A stretch of DNA of 64,000 nucleotides. It comes from Schizochytrium sp. TIO01 (Eukaryota > Protista > Bigyra: Labyrinthulomycetes). Made by a program: the position numbers and the translations under genes. The notes below the pieces were generated by a model. It ran no database searches, had not been told where the DNA came from, and saw nothing but the letters and a program-made list of their open reading frames with translations. Shown here piece by piece: positions 1-11,344 of this stretch. The stretch covers positions 5,686,761-5,750,760 of the forward strand of contig SMSO01000031.1 in assembly GCA_004764695.1 (NCBI GenBank). The letters are read 5' to 3'. How positions within the stretch are numbered: the first letter of the stretch is position 1; each line of letters starts with the position of its first letter.

Positions 1-533
1 TCTCACCACAAGATGTTAGATGGTCAAAAGCGAACGCACATTACTAATGTTTACTCTATGTACATAGTACCTTAACAGCGAGAAAACTTGCGTTACATGC
101 AATTGATTGCTCCAGCGCAAGTCCTCTGCAGGCCGGTGTATAAAGAAGACAAACGCACAGCTGGAAGTACCAGGTAGACAAACAGGCTGTAGGCCAGCTT
201 CATGAGAGTTGCAGGCGCCAAAAGTGCCCGCAGAAAGTAATTGCTTTCTTCAAAGTCTTTGGCGGCGTCGATTACAATAGGCCATTACTTCGTCGTTAGC
301 CCGTTTGAAAGAGGCCTATCGACATTTTTTTTCACGTTGATTTAATCCAACGCTTTTTGGCGAAGCGGGCGTATCCAAATTCGCGTGAAATAATCCAACG
401 AATACAGAGTTCGTTCGATATTTTCCAACGAAATACCACCTCGCCGCCGCCGGTGCCGCCACGACAAACGCGAGTCGCCGCCGCGCCGCGCCTTCAGACG
501 CGGAGTCGAGCGCGCGATCTGTAGCCGTCGAGA

Positions 534-3443
534 ATGTCTCAGCGGCGGCCCACGGTGCGGCCACGGCCGCTGGACCCCTTCAAGCAGCTCCAGGTCATCC
601 GCGACGGGTCCCAATTCGACGCCATTAACGAGGACGACGATGCTACCAACGCCAACTCCAACTCCAGCAACACCGCCAGCGCCGCCTCTGGCGCTGCCGA
701 CGCAGGGATAAAGGCGGAGAAGGACGGATCTTCTGCAGGCAGCCGTAAGGAAACGCCTGCTCAGGGCGAGGCACCAGCAGAAAAATCGGCGTCGTCGTCG
801 TCGTCGTCGCCGCCTTCTGGGAAAGGTGCGGAAAAGGGAAACGATAAAAATGATAAAGATAATAAAGAAGGTGCCGTAAATGACGACAGCAAGAAGAACG
901 AAACTCCGGCGCAGCACACACTGTTAGGTACTTTGGTAAGTCACGATATGCTTTGTAAAGATTTGGCAAAAGCTTAGCGAGGGCTTGGGGAGATCTGGGA
1001 AAGATTTGGTGTGAATTTCGCTCATTGTACGCTGGAACCACCAAATAAGCGTATCTTGGGACTAGTTAGAATTGGTTGTACTCTCTGAACCTACGCCTTG
1101 GTGATGTCGATCTTTGCAAGCGGTTTCACTGTTCATCTGGGAAGTGATTTTCATTCCTGATTTGGATTATTGTCAAATGGGAATGTGTGCTGAAGTTCAA
1201 AGTTTGCTCATGTAAAGAAAGAAATTATGAAAACCTGTGCGAAAGATGGGGAAATGGAGTGAAATGTATGTAAATTGATTGCTGACAAATTAAACAAAAA
1301 TCTTCAATGATGCGATTGGGAAATACGTCATGGGTTGCCCCAATCCAACATTCATTTATTGAACTGTCGCGGTTGAAATCTGGATACACAGACGGAGCAG
1401 TTAGCTGAGAAAGGGCAAAGTAAGTCCCACCAGACCAAGTTCAACTTGCCCGTGCCAGAGAGCCAGCGGGTATCTACCTTTGATCAAACAGTGCCTAGCA
1501 CATTCAAGCCAAACAACGCCTACGTGCGCTACCGACCCAAGCACATTGATGACCACAACTTTTCCGGCGAAACCGAATACGAGCTGTCCGTGGAAGACGA
1601 GCAATGGCTCCGCCAACATCCCAAATATAACCCCAAAGGCCCATATCCGCTCTCTGAGGAAAACTTTGAACGCATGATAGACCTCATGGAGCGGCGCACG
1701 GGGCGGGAATTTCCTATCAATCTTGATATTGCTACGCAACTTGTGAAAAAAATTATGAATCTTGACCTGCGAAGCAAGGAGAATACAGTTGTTCACGATG
1801 TGTATGCATGGTGGTTCCAGAAACGCCAAAAACTGCGTAAACCGCTCTTACGTCGATTCTGGCCGGCCACTGCGGCAGATGACTCAAGTCCCAACTTGAC
1901 CTTTCGACCTCTGGAAAAGGAGCGCTATCGTTTACGCAAGAAGCGACAAAACAACACTGATTCATACGAGAAGATGCTGCAGCTAAAATCCGATTTTGAG
2001 ATGATGCGCTGCGTTTTAGAACTCGTTCGTCGTCGAGAACATTTACGTGAAATTGAGGCCGACTTACTTGAGGACGAATTCAACCAGAAACTCGATGATA
2101 TTATCTATGGACCTGGTCTAGCTCCAGCACGGAAACCACTTGCACCAAGCGAGATTAAGGTTGGAGTTCTTGCACCCGAGGAATACGAAGCTACCTTTGA
2201 CATTTATCCTCAACCGTCTCCGATGGCTGCTGCCATGGCTGCCCGAGGCACATCTACACCAACACCTTCAGTTATGGAGCGAGCAGGCTCTGAGGTTGCT
2301 AGTATCGATACTGGTATGGGTGATGCAGATCAGTCAAAAAAGAAGAAAAAGTCAAAGAAGTCCAGCAAAAAACGTGCTTTGGAGGAAGCAGCCCTGGCAG
2401 CTGCTCCAGCCGTCCCAGGTGCACCTGCGCCTGTACCTGGTATCTCGGGAACTATCACGCCGGTGGACCCTGCGGCTCCTCCTCCAAAAAAGAAGAAAAA
2501 GAAGAAATCGTCTACAATACCCCCAGCAGCACCTGTCCCTGGAGGACCTGTGCCCGCTGCTGTCGTGCCTAGTGCACCTGTGTTTATTCCAGGGGCACCT
2601 GCGCCAGTTACACCATTAGTACCCGAAATCGTATCAGGCGTTGGCGTGCCTGCTGTACCTGGAACCGCAAGCGCCCCCACGCCAAGTACTGCCGACCCAG
2701 CATCAATGCTGCCACCAAAGCCCAAGAAACCTACAAAGCCTCCATTGTTCTTGCGCTCGATTGAAAACTTTGCGCACTATGCCTCAGAAGACTTCGAGCT
2801 CATGCCCCCCGTTGTGCCTTCATGGCCACCTCCTAACTATACCATGCATGAGCTTCAACGGCGTCAAGCATTGCAATCGCAGGCAGAACCGAGCCTCGCG
2901 CCTACCGTGGAGAATGAGTTTCCTCGGAAGTTGTATTATCAAAATATCGCGCCGCCATTTAATAGCCAAGTGGCTGCGTTCAAGGATCGCCAAAGGTACC
3001 GATGCAGGGGTCGTATTGGTCGTGGTGGTCGTATTATTATGGATCGCATCCCTGTTGCACAAACTCAGGCTGGGCTTGGCAATACTGGTACACAAACTTT
3101 CTATCAGGCTCGCAAACAAAAAATTCGCGACGAATATGTTGGTCACTCACCTTTGGAGAGCGGCCAGGACTTTTTAGACCCGAGCAAACCGCGAAGTTCC
3201 TACGGGTTGGGCCTTGATCAAAATGCTAAACCAGTGACTTTGACTGCTCATTCACGAACTAAGTTGCAAGCTATTTATGCGCGAGAGGATAGTGAAGATG
3301 AAGAGGTAGAAATGATTGAGTATCCCTATGTAAGTGCTCCACTTCGACCTGACCCTGAGGAAGCCGCACGCCTTACGGCCATGGCCACGAAGGACCGTAT
3401 ACAAACTATTCGCGAGGCGAAATTTAGATTCTTGATTCAGTAA
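534..3443 (+). CDS. EPL1: Enhancer of polycomb-like protein (NuA4/TIP60 subunit); join(534..935,1392..3443), ~817 aa
   Basis: Exon 1 starts MSQRRPTVRPRPLDPFKQLQVIR (EPL1/EPC N-terminal RxRxLD motif). Exon 2 has NLPVPE, YVRY, EYELSVEDEQWL, LSEENFERMIDLME, VYAWWFQKRQK..KPLLRR, SPNLTFRPLEKERYRLRK, a coiled coil, and the EPC RGRIGRGGRIIMDR motif. A phase-0 GTAAGT donor at 936 and a phase-0 CAG acceptor at 1389-1391 join the two ORFs in frame (alternative CAG at 1398-1400). Confidence 0.9.
936..1391 (+). other. Spliceosomal intron of EPL1 (456 nt)
   Basis: TTG|GTAAGT donor, AT-rich body, ACACAG|ACG acceptor. Removing it preserves the reading frame between two EPL1-homologous segments. Confidence 0.75.
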
Positions 3444-3710
3444 ACTATTGAGCTAGCTTTAGCTTTTGTCTTTGTCTTCATGTTAGGTGCGATTTATTCT
3501 AATGTTTGTTCCATCTCAAATCTGCTGTTTGATTTCAAAAAACATAGGAGGTTCTGAAATAAACACTTGGATCAATCCTTCTCTAAGCATAAGTAGTCAA
3601 ATTCCTTTTCTTTTCTTTTCTAAAAATATTGATGTTACTCCTTGTGCTTATTCCCTGTGCAGTGTGGTGATTTGTGTAGAATGTTTTCATTTCTTATGCA
3701 AGGATTGAAT

Positions 3711-3728
3711 CCCCCCCCCCCCCCCCCC
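3711..3728. repeat. C18 homopolymer (G18 on minus strand) between convergent EPL1 and TBCD 3' ends
   Basis: 18 consecutive C followed by a T-rich run, read directly. Confidence 0.95.
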
Positions 3729-3944
3729 TTTTTTTCCTTTGCTATTTTACCAAGTATACGACAACCAAGTTACTTTTTTATGGAGGGGGCGGGGGGGAGG
3801 TAAGCAAGTAGGATATGTCAAGCGCAGAGAATTGGCATGTACGTAATTGAGTACCTTTTACGTTTTGATCTGAAAACGATAGAAACTGAACATCAAAATT
3901 TATGGGTGCAAGTAGGTAAGTGGCAGGTAACAATATGTTATGTT

Positions 3945-6900
3945 TTAATATCCCATTTGCGTATTGTGGATCAGAGTGGCATAGCTATCCTCCTCTTGCT
4001 GGGTTTCTGTTGCATCAGCCTTTTCAGAGGAAGAAGCGGGCTTTTTGGTTTCAGGTTTGTGCACACGCAAAAGTGGATACAGTTCATCACGACGCTCACG
4101 AGCTTGCCGAACAGAAATAGTATCCCAACGTGTCTCTGCAATCAAATCCTGTGCATCTTCAAACGCCTGCTCAGGGTCGAAGTCAGGAGATATCTCTGGA
4201 CGTTGAGCATCCACCCTATCTGCGAGTTCCTCCTCATAAAGAGCACTCTGCTGCCTCAGGAAGTCTAAAAAGTCGCTCTTACTATTGCTTGTGTCACTAT
4301 CAGACTGTTGCTCCTTCTGTTGAGCAGCGATCCGCTCAGCAGCTTCTGACGCTGAACGAGCGTCATTGCCTGGACCGCACACTGCAGTTCCATCCATAGC
4401 TAGTGCCCACATGTTGAAATCTTTGGCGCAGCTCATGCGCACACGAGGGTACTTGTGACCGAGCAAAATGAGAACAGAAGACAGCGCTACAGGTCGAATA
4501 GGACCCTCAAAAGATGCCAAATGAAACAAGACACTGCTGCAGTGAACAAGCTTAGATACATTGGATGCACCCTTAATTTCAGCCTTAATGGTGTCGTGCG
4601 TTTGCAGAAGCCAGGCCAAGCGAGGGTGTCGAGGAAACGAAAACACTTGTGCAGCCATGAGCATATCCATCGTCTTGAGAGCGGGCACAACGACGCGATC
4701 AACACGAGCATTCGATTCTAGAATGCGTACAAGCGCCTTGGCGATAATTGTTAAACGCGTGTAGTTTTGGGCTGTTTTTTGAGCCTTGCACCACTCCAGC
4801 AGCGCATCGGCTGCATTGCGGCTCACACTCTCCGTCAGATCTCCGACGCTCAACACCAATCCGGCCAACGCAGCATCTACGTAATCATCAAGTGCTAATA
4901 CCTGGGACACGCGCGGGAACGTATAGGACTCCACCTTCCAGTTCGCTTCAGTTGCATCCGAGTCCTTTTGGACGTTCTTCTGCCCCCCAAGCTGAGGCTG
5001 TTGATCAAAAATAGCGCGTAGAGTATCCACATGAGACACAGCTAAAGGAATACCCATGGTTGGGCTATCAGCGTCTTTCAAGAGTTCAACAAGTGCTTCA
5101 CCTGCGCTTTCTCTGACTTGACCCATCTTTTCGCAAAGCTGTTTGATGATGGCACACATAATCCTGTTTGTAGTTGGTTCGTCGAGCAAACTGTTGTATG
5201 AAGTTGGAACGAAGCTTCCAAGACCTTGCATTGGGCTCTGAGTCATGACGCTCTCAATTGCCTTGGCCCCAGCGTCAGGCAGGAAAATAGAGTTCCGATC
5301 GTCCTCCTTCGGAAGTTGGAAACCTGACGTCGAGACTTCAGCTGGGGAAATTGTGTCTGACATAGGAATTTTGACAGGGATAGTCTTGGACTGATCACCA
5401 TCCAAAGATTGAACCCATGCGGCGGCACCACCTGCACTCTTGCGAAGAATTCGCACACGCCCATGTTCCTTAGTTTCCACAATGGTATCTTGCTTGCTAT
5501 CTTGCACATCTTGAACAATTTGAAGAGCACGCGTGGGGAAAGTTCTGACAGCCTTGATGATAGATACAAGTCCCTTGATGGCCACTACACGAACCCACGA
5601 GCCTACATCACCACGGTTGTCTGTTTCGTAGTCTTCACACGCCATAAGAAGAGCGTCTACAACAACTGTAAAGAGTTCCTTGTCCAGAGTTGCAGTGCGC
5701 AGTAGCTGATCTGCGCCAGAAACCTCAACCCCGACTGTCTCAGTCAATTTAGCTAGAGAGACAACAGCATTTCGACGAGTTTCAGCATCACGTAAGTCGG
5801 GGTCATTCTCAAGTTTAGTGGCAGCAGCAAGGCAGTTGACCACGCGGGAAAGAACGTCTCGGTTAGCACCAAGCATCTTGGCAGGAAGAATACCGAGAGC
5901 AAGGGCGCAACCACGGCGCACAGCGGGGTTTGGGTCAGGTTGCTCAAGACTCTGGCAATAGCGGAAAATAATTCGATCAATTGTTGCTGCCGAGGCGGGC
6001 TCCATCATCTGAGGGAGGATAGGCTGTTGCAGGCGCCGTATGGTGGCCGCAATATCATCACCCACGTCATAGAATGCATCAGCGCCATCTTCAAGGTTGG
6101 CGTCGGCACCAAAGTATTCATCAGCCAAAGCTTCGAGCGCAGCAATAGCGGCATCCTTAACCTCATCCTTAGGATGCTTCATAGATTCCTCAATGGACTC
6201 AAGGAGACGAATTTGAGCACGCGATGACATCTGGTGGCTAGCTCGCGCCATTGATTCAATGAGCTTACAGGCAGCTACACGTATCCACTCACCTCCACGT
6301 CCACGATACCAGCGACCTTTCTCGATCCGCATTACAGTATTCCTTACATCTGCGCGCATATCATCGGAAAGCTGGAATGGTACCTTGGCAAGTGCTGCTA
6401 CAATGGTTGATACTGCTTGAGTAGCACCGTGGCGTACAAGAACATCAGGGCTGAGTGTTTTAGGCAATAAATCACGCAAGATTGTGTTGGCCATGAACTC
6501 CGGATCCGAAGCTGTAAGAACACTAAGTGCATCGGCCGTAAGCATACGAAGTTGAATATCCCAATGCGCGAGCTTATGTTCAACAAGGTGCTCAATCAGA
6601 GGACGGCGATAGACCTCAAACTGTGCTACAAAGGGAGCAATCTCTAGGTAGGCGTTCTTCCGAATACCGAGAGTGAAATAATCTGCTGCAGTAAGGATTT
6701 CAATGCCATGTGGAAAATTTTCATGGCCCTGGCGTCCAACATTCTCTTGAAACGCTGCAGATGCTGCACGACGGCAGTTCACTTCGCGATCAAATACAGC
6801 GGTCACCATCATCTGTGGGCAAAGATCTTTTACATGAGGAGCCATGACAGATGGCTCATATGCACGAGCAAATGCCCAACACACATAGCAAGCTGCATCG

Positions 6901-8387
6901 CGGACATTAGCACCAACTGAATTATGACCTCGGCGAACATCGTAGATTAGAGCTTGAACAACGAAAGGCACAACTGTGCCAAGTCTTTTAGGCAAGAGAA
7001 GACCACGCCGTGCAAGCTCGGCAAGGGCTAGGCAGCCTCCATGCCATGCAGCATCACCTTCAGATGCATCAAACAGCTCAAGAACAAATGCAACTACATC
7101 GTCGGCAAGGGCTTCAGGGAGGCGGCTAGTAACACGACCGATACCCTTCGCTGCCGACCAACGGACAATAGTATCACGATCGCGCAGGCCACTAAGCAGC
7201 TTTTCAATGACGTCCTCCACTTCTTCGGCGATGTCGGCATCATCGTCATCATCCTCCTGTTCGCCAGTAGAGCCACCAGTACCATCGCCAGAAGCTTTGT
7301 TCAAGTTTTGCAAGAGTGAACGCTGACCGCGTTGATAACGCCACTTGACAATTCTTGGAGGAAGGAAATTAAGACCTACACGTTGAACAAGCTTAACAGT
7401 GAGTTTGCGCTCAAGAGAACTAACTTGACCATCGCGGTTCGATACGCGAAGCACACGACTAAATATAACAGGAATGTGCGACAAAAGCTTTTCGCGGTGG
7501 CCATGCTTGAAAATCTCTACAAGAGCTTGGAAAATGCCTGTGATGAGGAATGGGTCCTCGCTACGTGATTCATTTCGCTCGCGACGGTCGCTTATTTCCT
7601 CGAGTGTGTCTGCTGCCCATGAAAGAAAAGATTCCAAATGCGCGCTTTCCATGTCGGGACGCGTAAGCAATCTAGCGAGGCAAATCGCAGCAGCTTCGCG
7701 TGTCGCCCCTGAATCATTAAGGAATGTCTTGCAAAGATCCATAACTGTAGCAACTAGCGAGCCTTGGGACGATGTACCCGAAGCACTCAGAGAGGAGTCA
7801 ACAGTTTCCAAGTCGAATGGAATGAGCACGAGCATGCTTAACCAGAGTAAAAGCGAATAACGAGTCTCCCAAGTCGTATAGTCCTTCGAATCTTGACATT
7901 GAAGAAGCCACAACGTGGGCTCCAGGTCGGCTACTTCGTGCGGTAGTTGTTTTACGATTGCTTTGTAGCCGCGAACCTTGCAGAGTAAGTATAGTGCCTT
8001 GAGTACAAGCTGGAGACCAGGGTTTCGGTACACTTGAAAAGGAAATGATGTGACAATTGCACCATCGCTAGCAAGCTGTGGCTCATTATGACGCTCTTCC
8101 TCACGGAGCCGCAGTACCTGCTTCACTGCGTTCATGATTTGCGTCACAAGGCCTTCCAGGTGGCGATCGAGCAAGTGTGCTTGCTCCTGATACTTTTCTA
8201 GGATCTTTTGCACACCATCTAGAGCACGTTCAGCATCAATCAAAGGTTCAGGCTCTGCTCCACCAGGCGAAGGTGGGGCATTTTGCAAAGTGTGTCCAAG
8301 TTCCACAGATTCGCAAACCTTGTTCAGTAATTTTATGCATTCATCTTTGTCCAAGAACAAATCACCGTCGGATTGTACAACGTTCAT
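3945..8387 (-). CDS. TBCD: Tubulin-specific chaperone D (HEAT-repeat tubulin-folding cofactor), 1480 aa
   Basis: Diagnostic motifs YQEQAHLLDRHLE, LCKVRGYKAIVKQLPHEVADLEP, WETRYSLLLWLSMLVLIPFDL, LRDRDTIVRWSAAKGIGR, AWHGGCLALAELARRGLLLP, VRDAACYVCWAFARAY, FDREVNCRRAASAAFQENVGR and DNRGDVGSWVR. A short upstream exon cannot be excluded. Confidence 0.96.
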   Translation of the reverse strand: MNVVQSDGDLFLDKDECIKLLNKVCESVELGHTLQNAPPSPGGAEPEPLIDAERALDGVQKILEKYQEQAHLLDRHLEGLVTQIMNAVKQVLRLREEERHNEPQLASDGAIVTSFPFQVYRNPGLQLVLKALYLLCKVRGYKAIVKQLPHEVADLEPTLWLLQCQDSKDYTTWETRYSLLLWLSMLVLIPFDLETVDSSLSASGTSSQGSLVATVMDLCKTFLNDSGATREAAAICLARLLTRPDMESAHLESFLSWAADTLEEISDRRERNESRSEDPFLITGIFQALVEIFKHGHREKLLSHIPVIFSRVLRVSNRDGQVSSLERKLTVKLVQRVGLNFLPPRIVKWRYQRGQRSLLQNLNKASGDGTGGSTGEQEDDDDDADIAEEVEDVIEKLLSGLRDRDTIVRWSAAKGIGRVTSRLPEALADDVVAFVLELFDASEGDAAWHGGCLALAELARRGLLLPKRLGTVVPFVVQALIYDVRRGHNSVGANVRDAACYVCWAFARAYEPSVMAPHVKDLCPQMMVTAVFDREVNCRRAASAAFQENVGRQGHENFPHGIEILTAADYFTLGIRKNAYLEIAPFVAQFEVYRRPLIEHLVEHKLAHWDIQLRMLTADALSVLTASDPEFMANTILRDLLPKTLSPDVLVRHGATQAVSTIVAALAKVPFQLSDDMRADVRNTVMRIEKGRWYRGRGGEWIRVAACKLIESMARASHQMSSRAQIRLLESIEESMKHPKDEVKDAAIAALEALADEYFGADANLEDGADAFYDVGDDIAATIRRLQQPILPQMMEPASAATIDRIIFRYCQSLEQPDPNPAVRRGCALALGILPAKMLGANRDVLSRVVNCLAAATKLENDPDLRDAETRRNAVVSLAKLTETVGVEVSGADQLLRTATLDKELFTVVVDALLMACEDYETDNRGDVGSWVRVVAIKGLVSIIKAVRTFPTRALQIVQDVQDSKQDTIVETKEHGRVRILRKSAGGAAAWVQSLDGDQSKTIPVKIPMSDTISPAEVSTSGFQLPKEDDRNSIFLPDAGAKAIESVMTQSPMQGLGSFVPTSYNSLLDEPTTNRIMCAIIKQLCEKMGQVRESAGEALVELLKDADSPTMGIPLAVSHVDTLRAIFDQQPQLGGQKNVQKDSDATEANWKVESYTFPRVSQVLALDDYVDAALAGLVLSVGDLTESVSRNAADALLEWCKAQKTAQNYTRLTIIAKALVRILESNARVDRVVVPALKTMDMLMAAQVFSFPRHPRLAWLLQTHDTIKAEIKGASNVSKLVHCSSVLFHLASFEGPIRPVALSSVLILLGHKYPRVRMSCAKDFNMWALAMDGTAVCGPGNDARSASEAAERIAAQQKEQQSDSDTSNSKSDFLDFLRQQSALYEEELADRVDAQRPEISPDFDPEQAFEDAQDLIAETRWDTISVRQARERRDELYPLLRVHKPETKKPASSSEKADATETQQEEDSYATLIHNTQMGY

Positions 8388-9841
8388 AATTCTAGCCTTA
8401 TATCAGCTTAATCTCCCGCCAGAAATGTTCTTTCCAACTGTAGCTTCTAGCTCCCTACAGGTCAGAAAGGTTGTCCTTCCGACTATTGCTCTTTGCCCTT
8501 GCCCCCCAAACAAATTGTTCTTAGGCGGAGCGTACGTTCGCCAAGGCAAGTTCAAGAAGCAAGTTTGCCAATGAACCTTGATCTTTGCGACGCCCAGTCT
8601 GTAAGGTCCACAGTCCAGAAGCGGTCTGACCCAAGCTCCAGGTCCAGTTGCGAGACGATGGAGGCGGTGCCTCCGTATTATCCTCGAGAGCCCGAAATTA
8701 AAGCGCGGGGCTACTTCGAGCAATGATTGAGGTTTGCTATCTCGACCCAATTAAACTCGTATTCCTTCGTTGAAGTATGACTACTCTTTATAACAATAAG
8801 GGCCAACGGCTGTTCCTTTTTGTTTCTCTTTCTTTTCCATGATACTAGAGTATTAATGCATATATGACTCATCATCAAAGTTCTAGTTTTGTTTAAAAAG
8901 GTGCGTCAAACTCCACCTGCATTAAACGAGGGTTTGAGCGGGGCCTCTGGTACAAGTTTTCATAGGCACCAAATGTCTGGATCAAGTTTACTTACATTGA
9001 AAGGTTCAAGGTAGTCCCGCAAAGATTGTCATTCATTTTATTTTTTTTGCAAGTGTGAACAGGTATAGGTACTGATTGTCAATTAAAAAGTCTAAGCAGG
9101 AAAATTACTCTGATTGTGACTTCTGTTGGGTTTACTATTTCTTTTGTATGAAGAAAGTATCAAATTAGTTTCTCTGTGAAACTTGGTGCCAGCAAACCTC
9201 GTTTTTGTAGTAGACTTCGAGAGACGGTGCGAGCAAAGTGAATGTTCGAAAACGTTGTGGACTGGGAAACCACTTTTTGAACAAGTTGTGTCTCCATACC
9301 TTTGTAAGAATGGGATGAATGAATGAATATATTTACGTATGTGTGTATGTGTATTTGCAAGATAAATTAGAAGACGAACAGGCCCATAGTCTTTTGCCAT
9401 GCCATTAGCGTATGTTGCTATATTTTTATGCCATTCTTTATGCTCAGCATGTGCAACAGCTAGAGGCTATGACATAGGGTGGACTCACGAGATCTCGTAT
9501 AGTGCGAGAACAAGACAGTACTTTACACAGAGGATAAAGGAGTGATTCGGAACGAGCCGGGGGCGAAGGAAAAAAGTACATTTAAGTCGTAGAAGGGAGG
9601 AGGATAATTCAAAAGAAAAATGGAGAAGCAGGATGATTGTGGCTTCATCTTCATCAAAAACTGTCAATGCTGGCAATTATTGTCGACATTTACATTAACG
9701 CCTTCAAAATATCTTCAAAACCCTTTTTCTTGGAGAAAGGAACTAGTGTGCACAGTGGCACACCTGGTTAAAGGTGAAAAGGTTGCTCTGCAACTGAAGA
9801 GTAATTCATGACATATAGAATCATGACATATAACACTCCCT

Positions 9842-11344
9842 CTACTCAGATGAGAGATTTGTGTTGTACAACTCCGTGAGCAGTTCACAAATATATGTGC
9901 GGTCAAACGCAGGGTCATTCATTTCTGTCTTGGCCTCTTTAAATTCCACTTTCTCAAGCTGATCTCTTTTGCCTGAGGCTGAATGGGTTTGCTTTCCCTT
10001 CGTAAGAATATTTTCGCGGGTATCACTCTTGAGTTTGTTCTTGGACTGTTTTGAGAAAGCGGAAGTAGAACATAAAGTTTTGGTAGATATGCCTTTCCCT
10101 AAATCCTGCTTGGATGAGACTTCAGAACTGCCAGTTGCGTCGATTTCTTTGCTGTGTGCTTCTTTCCCGGTAGAGTTGGGTTCAGGGCGGTTGCGGCGCT
10201 TCCTACGAGGAGCTGCATCAATCCACTCTGAAGATGCTAGGTTTGCAGAAGCCGCTGCGGAAAACTCTTGTTCGAGCTTTGCCTGTTCACTCAACAGATA
10301 CGAGCGAGTCTCGTCGGCCTCTGCTGGCAGGTCAGTGTTCATAGACACCAGCATAGCGATTTGGGTTACCTGGTCGTCATGAGATGACAAAGGAAACTCA
10401 AAACCATTTAACTTGACACTTTGCCTGCCATGAATATCCCCCACTGTTTCTAAATGATGAATAGACTCCGTGCCTACGCTGTTACTATCCTCCTCATCTA
10501 CATCGGACTCGTTAAAGTCATGGAGGGAAGAACCTTCAGATTTCTTTTCGGAGAAATCATCAAAATCAGTGGAGGCCTCTGTGGCACTGCACGTATGATC
10601 CGAGGGGCTCGAACTACGGCCACACACATGGGAAGTCTCAGATGCGCCGTCTTCATCTTCATCAAGTAAGGTTGTCTCACGACGTTGATTTGTTTTTCCG
10701 TTTTGCTGGATTTGCTTTCCGACAGAAGGTGAGAAGCGGGCCTCCCCTTCCCCATTTTGTGAAGATGCTTTGTTTCCTGTCTTGGATTGAATAATTTGGA
10801 ATGATGAGGATGGTGGTGATTGGGATATTGATGTTTTGTTATTGCGGGCGCTCTTCTTGTTTTTGCGGTTTACAGGTGGCTTTTGTTCAAGCTCCTCGGC
10901 AAGCCGCTCAAGTTCCGCAGCAGATACGTCAGATGAGGATTTTTCGACAGGCTTGTCTTCGAGAACCTTGACATATCCTGTGACAAAGTTGTAGTTCGCA
11001 CAGTAGTAAGAAAACACACCTGCTTCTTCAAAAGTGACGGTGAAGGACTCTCCACTACGCAAATCTTCAGACACAGGAAAGCGAGCATCCTTGAACTTTA
11101 TGCGGTGAGTCTCTACTTCAGGACCCAGAAGGGAGTCTTGAGAACAACACGTCCACGTCACAGAAGCGCCCTTAAGCACGACGACACAATTAGGGACGAA
11201 CTCAAAATTTGAGACCCTTACAAATGCCTGACGATTCCATCCTGCGCCACTGTTTGTGACAGACTTTACTGCAGCTTCCTGACGGCGTTTTTCGACTTTA
11301 GCCTTCAGTCTTGCTACGAGCTTGTCCCGTGTCTCTGTCCCCAT
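9842..11344 (-). CDS. Protein with an N-terminal cupredoxin/plastocyanin-like domain and a long disordered Ser/acidic tail, 500 aa
   Basis: aa ~40-128 (VRVSNFEFVPNCVVVLKGASVTW...THRI...SEDLRSGESFTVTFEEAGVFSYYC...TGYVKV) follows the cupredoxin pattern F.P..V.V..G..VTW / H / L..GESF..TF..AG.F.YYC. The remainder is low complexity. Confidence 0.75.
   Translation of the reverse strand: MGTETRDKLVARLKAKVEKRRQEAAVKSVTNSGAGWNRQAFVRVSNFEFVPNCVVVLKGASVTWTCCSQDSLLGPEVETHRIKFKDARFPVSEDLRSGESFTVTFEEAGVFSYYCANYNFVTGYVKVLEDKPVEKSSSDVSAAELERLAEELEQKPPVNRKNKKSARNNKTSISQSPPSSSFQIIQSKTGNKASSQNGEGEARFSPSVGKQIQQNGKTNQRRETTLLDEDEDGASETSHVCGRSSSPSDHTCSATEASTDFDDFSEKKSEGSSLHDFNESDVDEEDSNSVGTESIHHLETVGDIHGRQSVKLNGFEFPLSSHDDQVTQIAMLVSMNTDLPAEADETRSYLLSEQAKLEQEFSAAASANLASSEWIDAAPRRKRRNRPEPNSTGKEAHSKEIDATGSSEVSSKQDLGKGISTKTLCSTSAFSKQSKNKLKSDTRENILTKGKQTHSASGKRDQLEKVEFKEAKTEMNDPAFDRTYICELLTELYNTNLSSE

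Noticed and set aside
316-3217. Overlapping ORFs such as 342..917 (-, poly-Arg), 643..1044 (-), 2330..2725 (-, poly-Phe), 2641..3177 (+)
   Set aside because: Alternative-frame or antisense readings of low-complexity EPL1 segments (poly-Ser, poly-Lys, Pro/Ala tracts).
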